From the NCBI RefSeq assembly GCF_006345805.1, contig NC_042997.1, forward strand, positions 16,306,001 to 16,370,000: 64,000 nt of DNA. The letters run 5' to 3'. Made by a program: the position numbers and the translations under genes. Positions 24,934 through 38,099 of this stretch are shown in pieces (position 1 is the first letter of the stretch; each line of letters starts with the position of its first letter). The notes beneath the pieces were generated by a model. That model was not told where the DNA came from, did not search any database, and saw only the letters and a list, made by a program, of their open reading frames with translations. This DNA is from Octopus sinensis (lineage: Eukaryota).

Positions 24934-26356
24934 CTGATTGTAAAAGAAAGAATATAACTTTACTAACTTTACAAAACATTAAGATTATCAATAATTTATT
25001 TTGAAATAGAAAAATTATAAGCAAATCAAACTAGTAATAAATGAACAGCTGAAATTTTTAGAGAAAATTTCTGTAACTGTAGAAATAGAGAAAGAAGTTA
25101 AATGCCATATTAGATACTATAGAATAGTTTGAGTGTGTATACTAGATATACAAAAGTCCGGTATATATATAGATATATATAATAGTTTGATGCTTCCCAT
25201 TTCTATATTAAAATTTTGGCAAGCCTTTCAAAAAAAATATAATCATTAATAATACACAAAAGTTAAACTAGCTTTCTACATAGATTACAGTAACTATATC
25301 CCTTAAAGCTATCATAGCTAAATATCATATAACGCCTACACATGGTAAAAGCATTATATCAGACGATATCCTGATCTACACTACGGCATCTTCATGTTCT
25401 TTACTCGTCTGATTCCCCTGTTCTCATCACCTAGTAGTATATGAGTGATGAAATGATGTCAGTGCATTGTTTGGTTCATGAGAAATTATAATGAAATTAT
25501 TCACAGCACAAAGAGATTTAATTGGCAAGAAATATTTGCAGACTGTAAAAGAAAGATTCAAATTTTTTTCGTAAATCAACACATAACTATATTTCAAAAC
25601 ATTGATTTTGAAGCTCAAGTCTTGGAGTAACAAAGTGAGAAATATTTCTATGCAATGAGACACATAAGCTTGAAGGGTAATCTCAATGTTTAGAAGTCAA
25701 TTACAATTATATCCTAATGTCATATTATTGATGACATGCCATGTGAATATAGACTAGACTTTATTATGAAATCAACAAACAGTTACTGAATTATGCCATA
25801 AACTTTTTTTCACAAGTTATAAATAAAAATGTTCCTCTAATAAACATTAAGACGCATGGCTCGGAGGTTAGCATATTGGGCTTACAATAGTGAGGTTGTG
25901 AGTTTGATTCCCAGACTGGGCTGTCTGTTGTGTTCTTGAGCAAGACACTTTATTTCATATTGCTCCAGTTCACTCAGCTGTAGAAATGAGTTGTGATGTC
26001 ACTGGTACCAAGCTGTATTGGCATTTACTTTTAGCTTGGACAACATCGGTGGCATGAAGAAGGGGAGGGTGGTATGCATGGGTAACTGGTGGTCTTCCAT
26101 AAATACTTTTGCCCTCAGACTTGTGCCTCGGAGGGAAACTTTCTAGGTGCAATTCCATGGTCATTCATGACTGAAGCGAATGTTTATCTTTTACCCAATC
26201 AACATTAAGATGTTAAATTTTATATGATAATCTTTTCTAATTTCAGTTTGTGACATTGATTAATTCCATAATTCTTCATATTTCCCAAGATTTTATACTA
26301 TATTGTACTTATTAAAATATTAGTACTAGAAAGAACAAAATGATAAGCATACATAC

Positions 26357-26444
26357 TTTTATAACCATTGTTTTTCATAGTGGGGTCAAATATAACAGAT
26401 AATGATTGAGTGAGTTCAACAGATGGATTCACACAAGATTCATC
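26357..26444 (-). CDS. PIGT: PIG-T exon 5
   Basis: DESCVNPSVELTQSLSVIFDPTMKNNGYK, TTCAG acceptor, GTATGT donor, phase 0-1. Confidence 0.95.
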
Positions 26445-26556
26445 CTGAAATAGAAAAAAATAGTTTAGTTTGTTCATTCATTCATTTTACATTCCATGCT
26501 AAGCAGTACTCATGTCAAAATTTAATTGAAAATGTAGGTTTACACAAAAAAATATT

Positions 26557-26935
26557 GCAGGAGTGACTGTAAGGTAAGAAGCTTGCTTCCCAACCACATG
26601 GCTCCAATATCAGTCCTATTGCATAGCACCTTGGGCAAGTGTCTTCTACTACAGCCTCAAGCCAACCAAAGCCTTGAGTGGATTTGATAGACAGAAACTG
26701 AAAGAAGTCCATCATATATATATATATACTTTTATGTATATATATCTATTTATGATTGTATTTGTCACCCCATTACTGCTTGACAACCAATGTTGGTGTG
26801 TTTACATCCCTGTAACTTAGGGGTTCAGCAGGAGAGATCAATAGAATAAGTACTAGGCTTATTTATTCAACTAAAAATTCAAGGCAGTGCCCCAGCATGG
26901 CTGCAGTCTAATGACTGAAACAAGTACAAGATAGA
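26557..26935 (+). mobile_element. SINE family C in PIGT intron 4
   Basis: GCAGGAGTG..GTAAGAAGCTTGCTTCCCAACCACATGG head and GAAACAAGT tail. Confidence 0.85.
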
Positions 26936-26961
26936 AGAAACTATTAGAGATAAATACTTAC

Positions 26962-27048
26962 ACGGCAAACAGATCTCAAATGAACACTTAAAGAATGATA
27001 AGCAGTATCATATAACTTCATTGCATTAAAAAGAGATGCGAGTCCCAC
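26962..27048 (-). CDS. PIGT: PIG-T exon 4
   Basis: VGLASLFNAMKLYDTAYHSLSVHLRSVCR, TCCAG acceptor, GTAAGT donor, phase 0-0. Confidence 0.95.
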
Positions 27049-27340
27049 CTGGAAAACATAGAAATAAATAAGATGAATCACTGAAAAGATACCATGTTAT
27101 ACTAAATTCCATAAATATATAAACTGTAAATATGCTTATTTAAAGTTTGAACTTTAATACAGGGAAAAGAAGGGTAATCATAAATTCATTTAACCGTTTT
27201 GAAATATTGATTTATTGTTATATGAATGTGTTCCAGTATGAGGAGTTTTAACAATAAGACAGACAGAGATAAATAATCTGTGATGAGAACAATATTTTCA
27301 TACACCAGTTGAAATATCTTGATATTTTAACAGAAGTCTC

Positions 27341-27757
27341 AAGCACCATCCGTTCGTGGCCATTGCCAGCCTCGCCTGGCCCCCGCGCCGGTGGCATGTA
27401 AAAGCACCATCCGTTCGTGGCCGTTGCCAGCCTCGCCTGGCCCCCGTGCCGGTGGCATGTAAAAGCACCATCCGTTCGTGGCCGTTGCCAGCCTCGCCTG
27501 GCCCCCGTGCCGGTGGCATGTAAAAGCACCATCCGTTCGTGGCCGTTTGCCAGCTCCGTCTGGCACCTGTGTGGGTGGCACATAAAAAGCACTCACTACA
27601 CTCGCGGAGTGGTTGGCGTTAGGAAGGGCATCCAGCCATAGAAACACTGCCAGATCAGACTGGGCCTGATGCAGCCTTCTGGCTTCACAGACCCCAGTTG
27701 AACCATCCAACCCATGCTAGCATGGAAAGCGGATGCTAAATGATGATGATGATGATG
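27341..27757 (+). mobile_element. Family R element with internal 61-bp tandem array
   Basis: Units start at 27341, 27402, 27463 and 27524. Confidence 0.9.
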
Positions 27758-29580
27758 TTAAGTTAAATTTGTTTGTATATAAATGCATGTGTGTGATCAT
27801 TAGCCTCCAAAGTCATGTTGGCATGGATTGGACTGGTCTGCTCACCTAGATGAATAAGGGAACCTTATTTAGCTTATGTTTTATTTTGGCTACCAAATCA
27901 GATTGGAACTTGATGCAGCTACCCCGGTTTTCAGTCAAACTGTCCAACCCATGCCAGCAAGGAAAGCGAACGTTAAATGATGATGATGATTTCTACATCT
28001 GGATGCCCTTCCTAATGACATCTTCAACATCACTAAAGGCTCCTCATCATCTCACACTTTATAGAATGTCCTGAGTGTGTTTTTTGTGACACCAGCATTA
28101 AAGAGGTAGTCATATCCTCATCACCACTAAAGGGAACTTACAACCCCATTCTGTTGCTCTTTTATAGAGTGAGAAGCAACAATGGTAATGGGATGAGTTA
28201 TAGCAGTACCCAGTATTCTGAGATACTAAATGCAATATAACAAAGATGATAGGAAAGCAATTTAGAGGTCATTGTGACCCAGAGGGGAGAGAGCGATGAA
28301 AGAGGTATCACAGAGGCCTAGAAGATATGAAAAAGAAAAAAATAAATAAAGGTAAGCTGGCAGACAGAGCAACATGGAGTGATGAAAGCAGTACAGGAAG
28401 GGAAAGTAAATGTATAGTGAACTGGGCACAAGTAATGCAATGTAACCATCCACACATAGGCAACAAGAGGGATCAGAAGAGTTGAGTGATAGGTCAGTGA
28501 TATAGTGAATGAAAAGTAGGTGGGCCTATACCAGATAGCTACATACAAGAATGATGGGGAAAGAACAGAACAGAACCACTGCTATCCTCAATTACACTAG
28601 AACATTGTACAGTGAGAATTGAGAAGAGGAAGGAGTAATTAAGAAATGAATAACAGGGATATTGGTGCAGGGAGCATAAGCAAGAGAGATCATGACATGG
28701 GTGACAATCTATGGGCAATAGATGAGTGACAGCAATGTGTGATGTGAAGCACAAGAGAGTGAGAAGCGAGTAATGAGAGGCTATCAAAGAGAGCAATGGT
28801 GTAGACTAGACAGTAGGCAGACACACATGCATGTGTGTGTGTGTGCATATGTATTTCTTATGAAGGCATGTGACCTGGTAGTTAGGTTGTGCATATAACT
28901 ATTGAATCAGATGGTGCCTGTCCTTGAATAAAGGATTTCATTTCACACTATTCCAGTAAACTCAGCTGAAAATGAGCAGCACCTGTGGGTCAACTCGGCA
29001 ATGGACTGGTATCTCATTCAATGAGGCAGTCTTGTACTCCCAGCCTAAATGCTTTGAAAATCTGGATAAGCTCCATGAGCCTGTAAATTAAGGCAGGCAT
29101 TTTATATGTATTTCTTGTTTATATAGGAATAGCTATGTGATAAAGAAGTTCACTTTACAACTACATGATTTCAAGTTCAATCCTACCTTATGGTATCCTT
29201 GAACAAATTTTTTTTCTACTATAGCCACGAGTGAATCAATGTCTTGTGGCTAAAATTTGGGAAATGAAAACTGTACTGAAACTTGTCTTCTGTGCATGTG
29301 TGAGTGTAAGAGAGAGAGAGTATGCGTTTGTCCCCATGCCTTTGTATTGACACTATTTGGGCAATAATGAAGTTTATTTATGCTCCACATAGATTATATC
29401 CAACAGCAGAGTAGTGTCATCATGTAAAGATCAATGGAATAAAATACCTTAAAAAACAGATAATGTATGCCATCAAGAAGAGTATGTAACTATAGAATAC
29501 TCCTTCAAAAAGTCTCTTCCAGTTCATGCCAGCTTGGAAAAATAGACATAAAAACAATGATGATGTGTAAATATACTAAC

Positions 29581-29818
29581 CTTTGAATCACATGGAAGGA
29601 GCTTTTTCCAAGGTGTGAGATTCTCTGTACAAACAACTTCCCTTGGCAAAGCTGAATAACGCAGTAGTTTTACATCTTTAGCAAAGCCTTCTCCTTGCAA
29701 ACCATGTGGTCGAAAAGACCAGTTGGGATTGACAGTAGATTTTGCATCCATAAAATTAAGAGACGCACAAAAGAGACCAGAGAGGGCATTTACAAGCTCT
29801 GCCCAACTAACTTTAACA
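29581..29818 (-). CDS. PIGT: PIG-T exon 3
   Basis: [13 protein letters not shown] and [20 protein letters not shown], containing the Cys known to disulfide-link to PIG-K. Confidence 0.98.
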
Positions 29819-30388
29819 CTAGATAAAAAACAGAAAATTGGAAACCTCATTTAGTACAAACAAAATATGTTTGTTTATTTACAATAACATTAACATCCGT
29901 TCATATCAATTTATTATAACTAGGCATTAGGATAATTTATAAATATATAAGAAAGGAACAGAACTGATTTAATCAACCCTGGCTTATCACTGCTACTTAC
30001 AATGACTAAAGCTGAAGTCAATCTTAAAAGAGACTTGAACACAGAACAGTGACATTACTCTAACTTATTTCATTCAATTGTCTGCTCTTTTCATTATTTT
30101 TCATCTCATCTAAATTAATTTCTTACTTAGACAAAAGACCAGAAGTAAACCAAGAGAGTAACAAGTTAATGTGATGTGACATTCATGCCTTCTTCAAGAA
30201 TGCTAACAATATAAGTGAAGTAAATTGCCTTCAATCAAAAATCAAATATATCCTATGAATTTGGCATACCAAAAGTAAACACCTGTTCAGTGATACTTGC
30301 TACACCACTGAGCTTTAATTTCAACACACGAACACACAGATTTAAAGAAGGGATATAATCAATTGTATCAGTCTCAATGTATTACATA

Positions 30389-31043
30389 CTAGTTGAGATA
30401 CCTGGTAATAAATAAGATGCCTGTTTATAGCCATGAAACATTTTTCGTCAAATTTTGACATTTTTCAAAAATTTAAATCTATATTAATGGGTAGGACCAA
30501 TTTGATGAAAAAATGAACAGAGTCTGGTAACAAATCCATCTCATTGTCATTTTTGTGCATGTGCGTAAAATTACGAAATTTTACGCTTTGGGGCAAATTT
30601 CGTTAAATTGATGTCGCAATGGCTAGTGTGCAAAATGCCTACATTTTGCTTGAGAAATAAAATGTTCTAACCTAATCAAACCTGAAATGCTGGGGAATTA
30701 AAACAAATTGAAATGATATGTTTTAACAAATCACAACAAATTGCATTGAAATGAAGAATTAGCAAATGCTAAATAGATTACCATTAATAAGCTGTCTGTT
30801 TATACCCATGAAACATTTTTCGTCAAATTTCGGCATTTTTCATTAAATTGATGTCATGATAGCTAGTGCGAAAAATGCTGAAATTTTATGAATTTTGAAA
30901 ATTTGATGCTGATTAAAAATCGATTTTTTTAAAATTCCAAGTGCATAAGCCCCACGCACGTGTCAAGTTTTATCAAGATCTGTTGGATAGTCTTGGAGGA
31001 GTTAAAGTAACAAACACACAAACTTGCCATTTATTATTATAGA
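30389..31043 (-). mobile_element. Non-autonomous Helitron-like element
   Basis: On the minus strand it begins A|TCTATAATAATAAA and ends CTAG|T. An internal block is duplicated at about 30421 and 30797. Confidence 0.65.
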
Positions 31044-31355
31044 TTTACTTAATAATCCACACAGATGAATTAGCATTAATATCTTACAATGACTCAATGC
31101 CACAAAGAGGATGTAGTTTACAACTGGTTCTTATTTTAGTAATGCCAGCAAGCCAAAAAGACAAAGTTGAATATGGCAAATTTAAACCTCAAAAACATTC
31201 TTTTCATCATTTACCATTTCTGCCATTCTACTGGTTTCTATTAATTAATATCAGCACCTAAGAATTTTTTATGAATTTAGCTTATAAATTTTAGATCTTC
31301 ATTTCTTAAACACAGTATAAGATGTTTTTAAGGAACAATAATAATTATTAACTAC

Positions 31356-31533
31356 CTTTTAACTGAAGGCAAAAACCAAACCCAAAGCTCTGCTCCTGGT
31401 GGTGCATCATGGATTGGATAGCCCCATTTATCATGTCTCCATATTCCTTGTGTTAGAGACAAATGTAACTCTTGAACATCATGTGCAGATACAATGTCTC
31501 CTAAAGATTTGGGAAACAACCGATACTGATTGA
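31356..31533 (-). CDS. PIGT: PIG-T exon 2 (absent from ORF track in this frame)
   Basis: NQYRLFPKSLGDIVSAHDVQELHLSLTQGIWRHDKWGYPIHDAPPGAELWVWF, TTCAG acceptor, GTAGTT donor. Confidence 0.97.
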
Positions 31534-33983
31534 CTGAAACAAAGAAAATTAAAAATGGTTTTACTTAACTGGTTAACATGAACAACAATACGATTAATTA
31601 TCACATTATGAGCATATAAAGAAACATGTCTTTCACATATACTATCATCCTCATTTTTACTGCAGATTCTTTTCAATGTTGGTATCAGTTGGACAAAATA
31701 TCTCAAGGTAGTATTATATGACGAGATACCCCTCTTAACCAACCCTAATTTACTTTCAAGGAAGGTACTTTGTACTTTATTCTACGTTTTTGCACATTGA
31801 ACAAGTATTGGACATTTTGTTCCCATGGGACACAAACCATCTCAATGCTGGTTAAAGCGATAGCAATGCAAAAACACATGTAAACAAATGCACACACACA
31901 TGCATACATATATGATAGGTTTTCCATCGGTTGCCCTCTACTGTTTTCACAAACAAGACATTGGTCAGACTGAGCTCAATATCAAAGAAAATTACTTAAA
32001 GTGCAATGCAGTAGGATCAAACCAAAACCACATGGTTATAGTGTTAACAGCCAAAGACATAGGTATGGTGTAATTAAAAAGCTCACTTCCCAACCACATG
32101 AAATATTACCTTGTATGGTAACAGATGGTTGTTGGTGACATGAAGGGCATCCAACTACAAAAAAAATTTGCATTAATGAATTCCAATTGATCCATGCAAG
32201 CATGGAAAAGTGGACCATCAAATGATACAGTCACTAGACTGCAGTCATGCTAGGAGTACTGACTTCAAGAGTATAGTTAATCATACAGAATCCAGAACTA
32301 TGTGATTGAGAAGCAACTTCTTGACCACACAGCCATGCCTGTATCTATATGTATGTAGGATGTTTATGATCATCATTAGTTTATATCTGCTTTTTATGCT
32401 GGTATGAATTGGAAAGGTTGTCATACTGGTAGTCAGCATATATTCAGAGGTGCTGCTCACCTAAATGGGCCAGAGGGTTTCTATGGTTGGAAACTCTTCC
32501 CAACACCAACCACTTTACAGAGTACTGAGTGCATCTTTTCATGACATTCACCATAAGAGAAGTTGTCATACTTGTGCTAAAACCAAAGATTCTTCTAAAA
32601 CCCACACTTTACAAATTGTACTGAATGTGTTTTGCCAGGCACCAGCACAAAAGAGTAGCTATGTTCTTGACAAGATTAAAAAGATTCTCTCAACTCCATA
32701 TCTCTGCTTACTTGCTAACCATTTTACAGAGTGAGAGGCACGAGTGACAAATGTATGAATGATTATGACAGATGATAAAAGAATTATATGATAGAAGGAT
32801 GAGTGATAAATGCACTCATTATTCCAAAACATGTACATACATTCAAAGTAATGTAATCAAGAGAACACAGCAACAACAGAAGACAATATGAGTCAGAAGA
32901 TAGAGCAATAACAGAGCATGCATAGTGAAAAGGAGCAAAAGCATGATGGCAGAGTGAAACAGGCTTATTATGACTGGCAGTGCAGAAAGATATAGTGAAG
33001 GTAGAGTGTACTGGACACAATATAGTTTCTTATACAGACTTCAAAATGAAGTGGAGAGGTTTAGTGAGGATGGTAGCAGAGGACTGAAAGTAGGTAGGTT
33101 CTGTGCCAATGAATAGCACAAATGATAAAGGAGCAAATAGTAGAGATAAAGGTGACAGAAAAAGAACGATAGGTAGCTGACAGGGTGTCAATGTGTGGGG
33201 AAGGCAGTAGACTTGGCAGTATTTTAGCATATACACCCACAATCCCAAACATAAATATGCATGTATATATATTAAAGTTTCTTGGTCTACAACACTACTA
33301 CCACCTCTATGACTTTCTGATTTGCCATGTTTGCACTGCTGGTTGAGTTTTTCTGCAGTTGGGTCTTTCCAATACTGTAAATTACTTGTCAATATAGTCC
33401 CATGTCATCTCTGTGAGATGCAACATCTTGAGGTTGTCTTCACCACTTCACTCCAAGTCTGCATGTGTGTCATAAATATACAGAGATATTTATATACACA
33501 CAAAATTATACCAAGAAACATAGGTAATTTTGTTTTAATTTATCGTGATACATTAACATGATTTATATTTATTGAAAAAGCAACCAGCTGAGCTCTTTAA
33601 AGACTGGTTACAAATGAGATAATAAAAATTAACAGCACAGAGCCAGTATATTGGTAAAAACCTGTACCCTGTAAAAGAATCAATAATTTGACACATAATT
33701 ATATCAAAACAGGAACAGCATATGAAACTAATTAATTGCTTAATGTTACATGAAACAACTATAACTACAGTCAACTTAGTATATTAAAAATATATTTACT
33801 ATTCACAAAATTAGGCATTTAGCTTTAAGAAATATGTATCTGATATTTTATAATAGTTTTAGCTGTCCTGTTGATTATTTATTTTCACACTCCAGCAGCA
33901 GCACTTTCCTTTCCATGATCTAAATGCTACTTAAGCTCTGAAAGAATTTAAAGGCTCATACTTGGCGCCAGAATCACTTTATC

Positions 33984-34375
33984 CATCATCATCATTTAAT
34001 GTCTGTTTTCTATACTGGCATAGGTTGGACATTTTGATAGGAGCTGGCCAGCTGGATAGCTGCTCAGGTTCCAACTGGCTATTTTGGTATGATTTTTACA
34101 GCTGGATGCCTTTCCTATTTGCCAATGACTTCAAAGAGTGCACTGGGTAATTTCTACATGGAACTGGCATAGGTGCTTTTATGTGGCACCAGCACAGGAG
34201 CTTTTATGCAGCACCAGCATGGGAGCTTTTAAGTGACATCGGTATGGGAGATTTTACAAGACAATGGCATGGTCACTGTTATGTGACACCAGCATGGGTG
34301 CTTTTGCATGGTACCAGCACAGGTGGTTTTACATGACACTAGCACAGATGCTTTTCACATGACACTAGCACCTGC
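33984..34375 (-). mobile_element. Family R element with degenerate ~25-bp tandem array
   Basis: Repeats such as GCTTTTATGTGGCACCAGCACAGGA at 34150-34370. Confidence 0.75.
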
Positions 34376-35470
34376 AAGCTCTCTAGACAAGGATCTCTCA
34401 GCTGAGAGAGGGACATAGAAGACATGCCTGTATGTATACATAGCTACAGTTTTTATCTTGATGTCTTCTCAAGCACAGCACACTGCCAGCAGTCTTAGTC
34501 ACTAAAACAGAAAAGTTGAAGGCTGTCCATGGGATTCAGACTTACAATTTTAGTGTATTCATTGGTGAAATTACCATGTGATCCGGACCTATTCCTACGA
34601 GTTAAGTACTCTGAAGGACACTGAATTAGGTGTAGCGCTCAAGTCCACAGCAAAACATCTGTAGTGCAATTGAACTTAAAATCAATGAGCTGATAGCCCA
34701 ATACCACATCCGTTTAGCCTTTTCGCTTCTTGATGTTGAATATAACATGTCATCCAGTTTAACACCAATCAACTGGTCTTTAGACACTTTGATCAGAGCT
34801 CTCTGTTGCAAGAATTCAGACATCCCACCAACATTACTCCATTTCTTCCCAATCATAATATTTCTCTTTTTGGTTTTTTTCGTGCATCTTTCCTCTGCTG
34901 CCAAATTTATATTAAAAATTTTAATGAGGTATTACATAAAGTAATACCTAACAAGAAAAATGAATTGAAAATAAAACTTAAGACTATACATTGCTATGTT
35001 AAGTAAATCTATAAATGAACTTTTAAAAGTCCCCTGAGCTCACAGTCTTTACACCTTACTTTCTATTCAATATCTATTTTCATTGCATAAATGCAACACA
35101 TTTTTCTCAGAATTACATTACCATGGAACTTCTATTTTATAATAATCACTTTTTTTCCAGAATCTATATTAACCATATTAATTCCACAACACTCCACATA
35201 AACTCATTAATTATTCAGGCTGATTACTTTCCTAACATAATACCAAATACAAAATTCACTCAGTCCTGTGTTAGAAAAGTATAATATGCACATCCATGCA
35301 CATCATTGTCATACATCCACTTCCTCATGGTGGCATGGGGCTAGACAGGCTTTCTGAGGCAGTGTTTCAGTCAGATGCCCTTCTAACTAATCCTTACAAC
35401 ATGCAGTGATGTAGTGTACTTATTATAAAATCAAAATACACAGTTCAAAGATATTTGCCATTCATTAGTA

Positions 35471-35892
35471 CAAAGGGAAATATGAGAATGAATATAGAAG
35501 TGAGATGCATAAGGATATTGTATTTGCAGTTACCAAGTAGAATGGTGTATATAAATGGTAAAAAAAAATTTTTTGGTGAAGAAATTTTCTTGTACCTGGT
35601 GTGTGAGTTTCAACGATGGTAATATTTGGTCATTCCAAGCAAAGAGCCTTGTAAACAGTGTTGGTCGATTGAGGGGATTTTGGGGGGGGGGGGGTGAATT
35701 AAAATGTGTTAAGGCTCTATGCTTGGAATGACCAAATATAACCACCATCGGAACTCACACACCAGGTACAAGAAAAATTTCTTCACCAAAAAAAAATTTT
35801 CTCACCATTTATATACACCATTCTACTTTGTAACTGCAAATACAATATCCTTATGCATCTCACTTCTATATTCATTCTCATATTTCCCTTTG
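35471..35892. mobile_element. Foldback MITE with ~180-bp arms and TA TSD
   Basis: 35471-35650 is a near-perfect inverted repeat of 35711-35892. TA on both sides. Confidence 0.9.
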
Positions 35893-35942
35893 TATTTCAT
35901 ATCTTCTCTACAATAATTAATACTCAAACATTTTCTCACACC

Positions 35943-35990
35943 GTCTCTGATGAAGGGATATATAAAATATCCCGGAAACAGCAGTAAGAC
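35943..35990 (+). ncRNA. Minimal type I hammerhead ribozyme motif
   Basis: GTCT-CTGATGA-A-GGGATA(7)TATCCC-G-GAAA-C(AGCA)G-TA-AGAC. Confidence 0.7.
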
Positions 35991-36090
35991 CTTTTCTTGA
36001 TAAATGTTATGAAATCTATTTACTGCCCTGGTTTTTTTATATCTCATTCTGTCAATTTGCATGCACGCATACATGGTAATTGTTCAGCTG

Positions 36091-36126
<36 letters not shown>

Positions 36127-36444
36127 CCTGAGGCGAATATTTACGGTATTCTTTTTTTTTCTTACTCCAGAGATATCTAAATCTGAAACACTAAACTTAA
36201 TTTTGAAGTATACCAAAGCATACATGATTCGGTGATGAGGTTATAATAAAACCACATGCCAAGACTTGTCTCCCGTACTTGCAAAATAATTACTGTTATT
36301 AATCATTGACTAAAGTTGTTTTTTCATTACTACATAATCAATTTCCAGTTGGCCTTTTTCCATACAATTTGCATTAGTCCCTATGACCCTTTTCAGGACC
36401 TCATATATATATATATATCGGAGATGTACTTGCATAGCAAGTAC

Positions 36445-36491
36445 TGTCAGTGAACAGGTCGCGGTCTTAAAGCGACGAAAATATTTTGACA
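36445..36491 (+). ncRNA. Hammerhead-like fold with G3-C8 covariant core
   Basis: TGTCA-GTGAACA-G-GTCGC(9)GCGAC-GAAA-ATAT-TT-TGACA. Confidence 0.55.
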
Positions 36492-36568
36492 AATTAAACT
36501 TAAATGTTGAAGTGAATCGAACGGCTTTTGTGTTTCTTAAATGTCTTACAAACACCTTTCACACTGCA

Positions 36569-36572
<4 letters not shown>

Positions 36573-36603
<31 letters not shown>

Positions 36604-36730
36604 CTAATATATATATATATGAGACTAATATATATATATATATCTATATATATATGAGACTAATATATATATATATATAATATATATATGAGACTAATAT
36701 ATATATTATATCTATATATATATGAGACTA

Positions 36731-36765
<35 letters not shown>

Positions 36766-36796
36766 CTAATATATATATATATTATATAAAATGAGA

Positions 36797-36835
<39 letters not shown>

Positions 36836-36918
36836 CTAATATATATATATATATATAAATGAGACTAATTATATATTATATATTATATATATATATATAT
36901 GAGACTAATATATATATA

Positions 36919-36950
<32 letters not shown>

Positions 36951-36994
36951 GAGACTAATATATATATATATATATATATGAGACTAATATATAT

Positions 36995-37037
<43 letters not shown>

Positions 37038-37113
37038 TATATGAGACTAATATATATATGAGACTAATATATATATATATATGAGACTAATATATATATA
37101 TATATATATGAGA

Positions 37114-37177
<64 letters not shown>

Positions 37178-37347
37178 CGCAGGAGTGGCTGTGTGGTTAA
37201 GTAGCTTGCTAACCAACCACATTGTTCCGGGTTCAGTCCCACTGCGTGGCATCTTGGGCAAGTGTCTTCTGCTATAGTCCCGGGCCGACCAATGCCTTGT
37301 GAGTGGATTTGGTAGACGGAAACTGAAAGAAGCCTGTCGTATATATG

Positions 37348-37378
<31 letters not shown>

Positions 37379-37661
37379 TTGTGCTTGTCCCCCTAGCATT
37401 GCTTGACAACCGATGCTGGTGTGTTTATGTCCCCGCTACTTAGCGGTTCGGCAAAAGAGACCGATAGAATAAGTACTAAAGGCGGTGCTCCAGCATGGCC
37501 GCAGTCAAAATGACTGAAACAAGTAAAAGAGTAAAGAGTAAAGAGTATATATATATATATATATATATAGACTAATATATATATATATTATATTATATGA
37601 CTAATATATATATATATATATATATATGAGACTAATAATATATATATATATATATATATAT

Positions 37662-37721
<60 letters not shown>

Positions 37722-37728
37722 GAGACTA
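36573..37728. repeat. Compound satellite (TA)n-GAGACTAA, split by a SINE
   Basis: Roughly twenty GAGACTAA units between variable TA runs. Confidence 0.95.
37176..37545 (+). mobile_element. SINE family C, full length
   Basis: GGCGCAGGAGTGGCTGTGTGG head, GGGTTCAGTCCC B-box-like motif, (AAAGAGT)n tail. Confidence 0.9.
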
Positions 37729-38099
37729 AAAGTCCGAAATTAAAAAGAAAAATATGGCTTGATACAAAACCAATTTGTAATTTATTTGAAAAAGAATCCC
37801 ATGAGCTCTGATCTACGATAATTCTAGGGAAACATTTTCTTAGATTTCCACCGATGTTTGTAAACGTTTGATTTGCTATTATCATTGTTTAAACATCAAA
37901 TTAAACACGTCAAGTAATTTTTTTTTTAATGTAAGAAATCGTTATTATTATTATTATTGATTATATATATAGCTATCGATGTGTAGTCTCTTTATAAAGC
38001 CGGAAAACATTAGATAATATGCCGGCTGCAAACGCATCACATAAATATAACAATTACAGCAGTGATCCGCCGCCGCAGGAGTATATATGTATATATAAC

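Noticed and set aside
27248-27710. Overlapping ORFs with peptide repeats
   Set aside because: They derive from the 61-bp tandem array of a family R repeat.
34626-34904. 92-aa ORF in PIGT intron 1 as a nested gene
   Set aside because: No recognisable motif or supporting exon chain.
36573-37175. Repeat-spacer pattern resembling CRISPR
   Set aside because: Eukaryotic context, an 8-bp unit, TA-only spacers and no cas genes.
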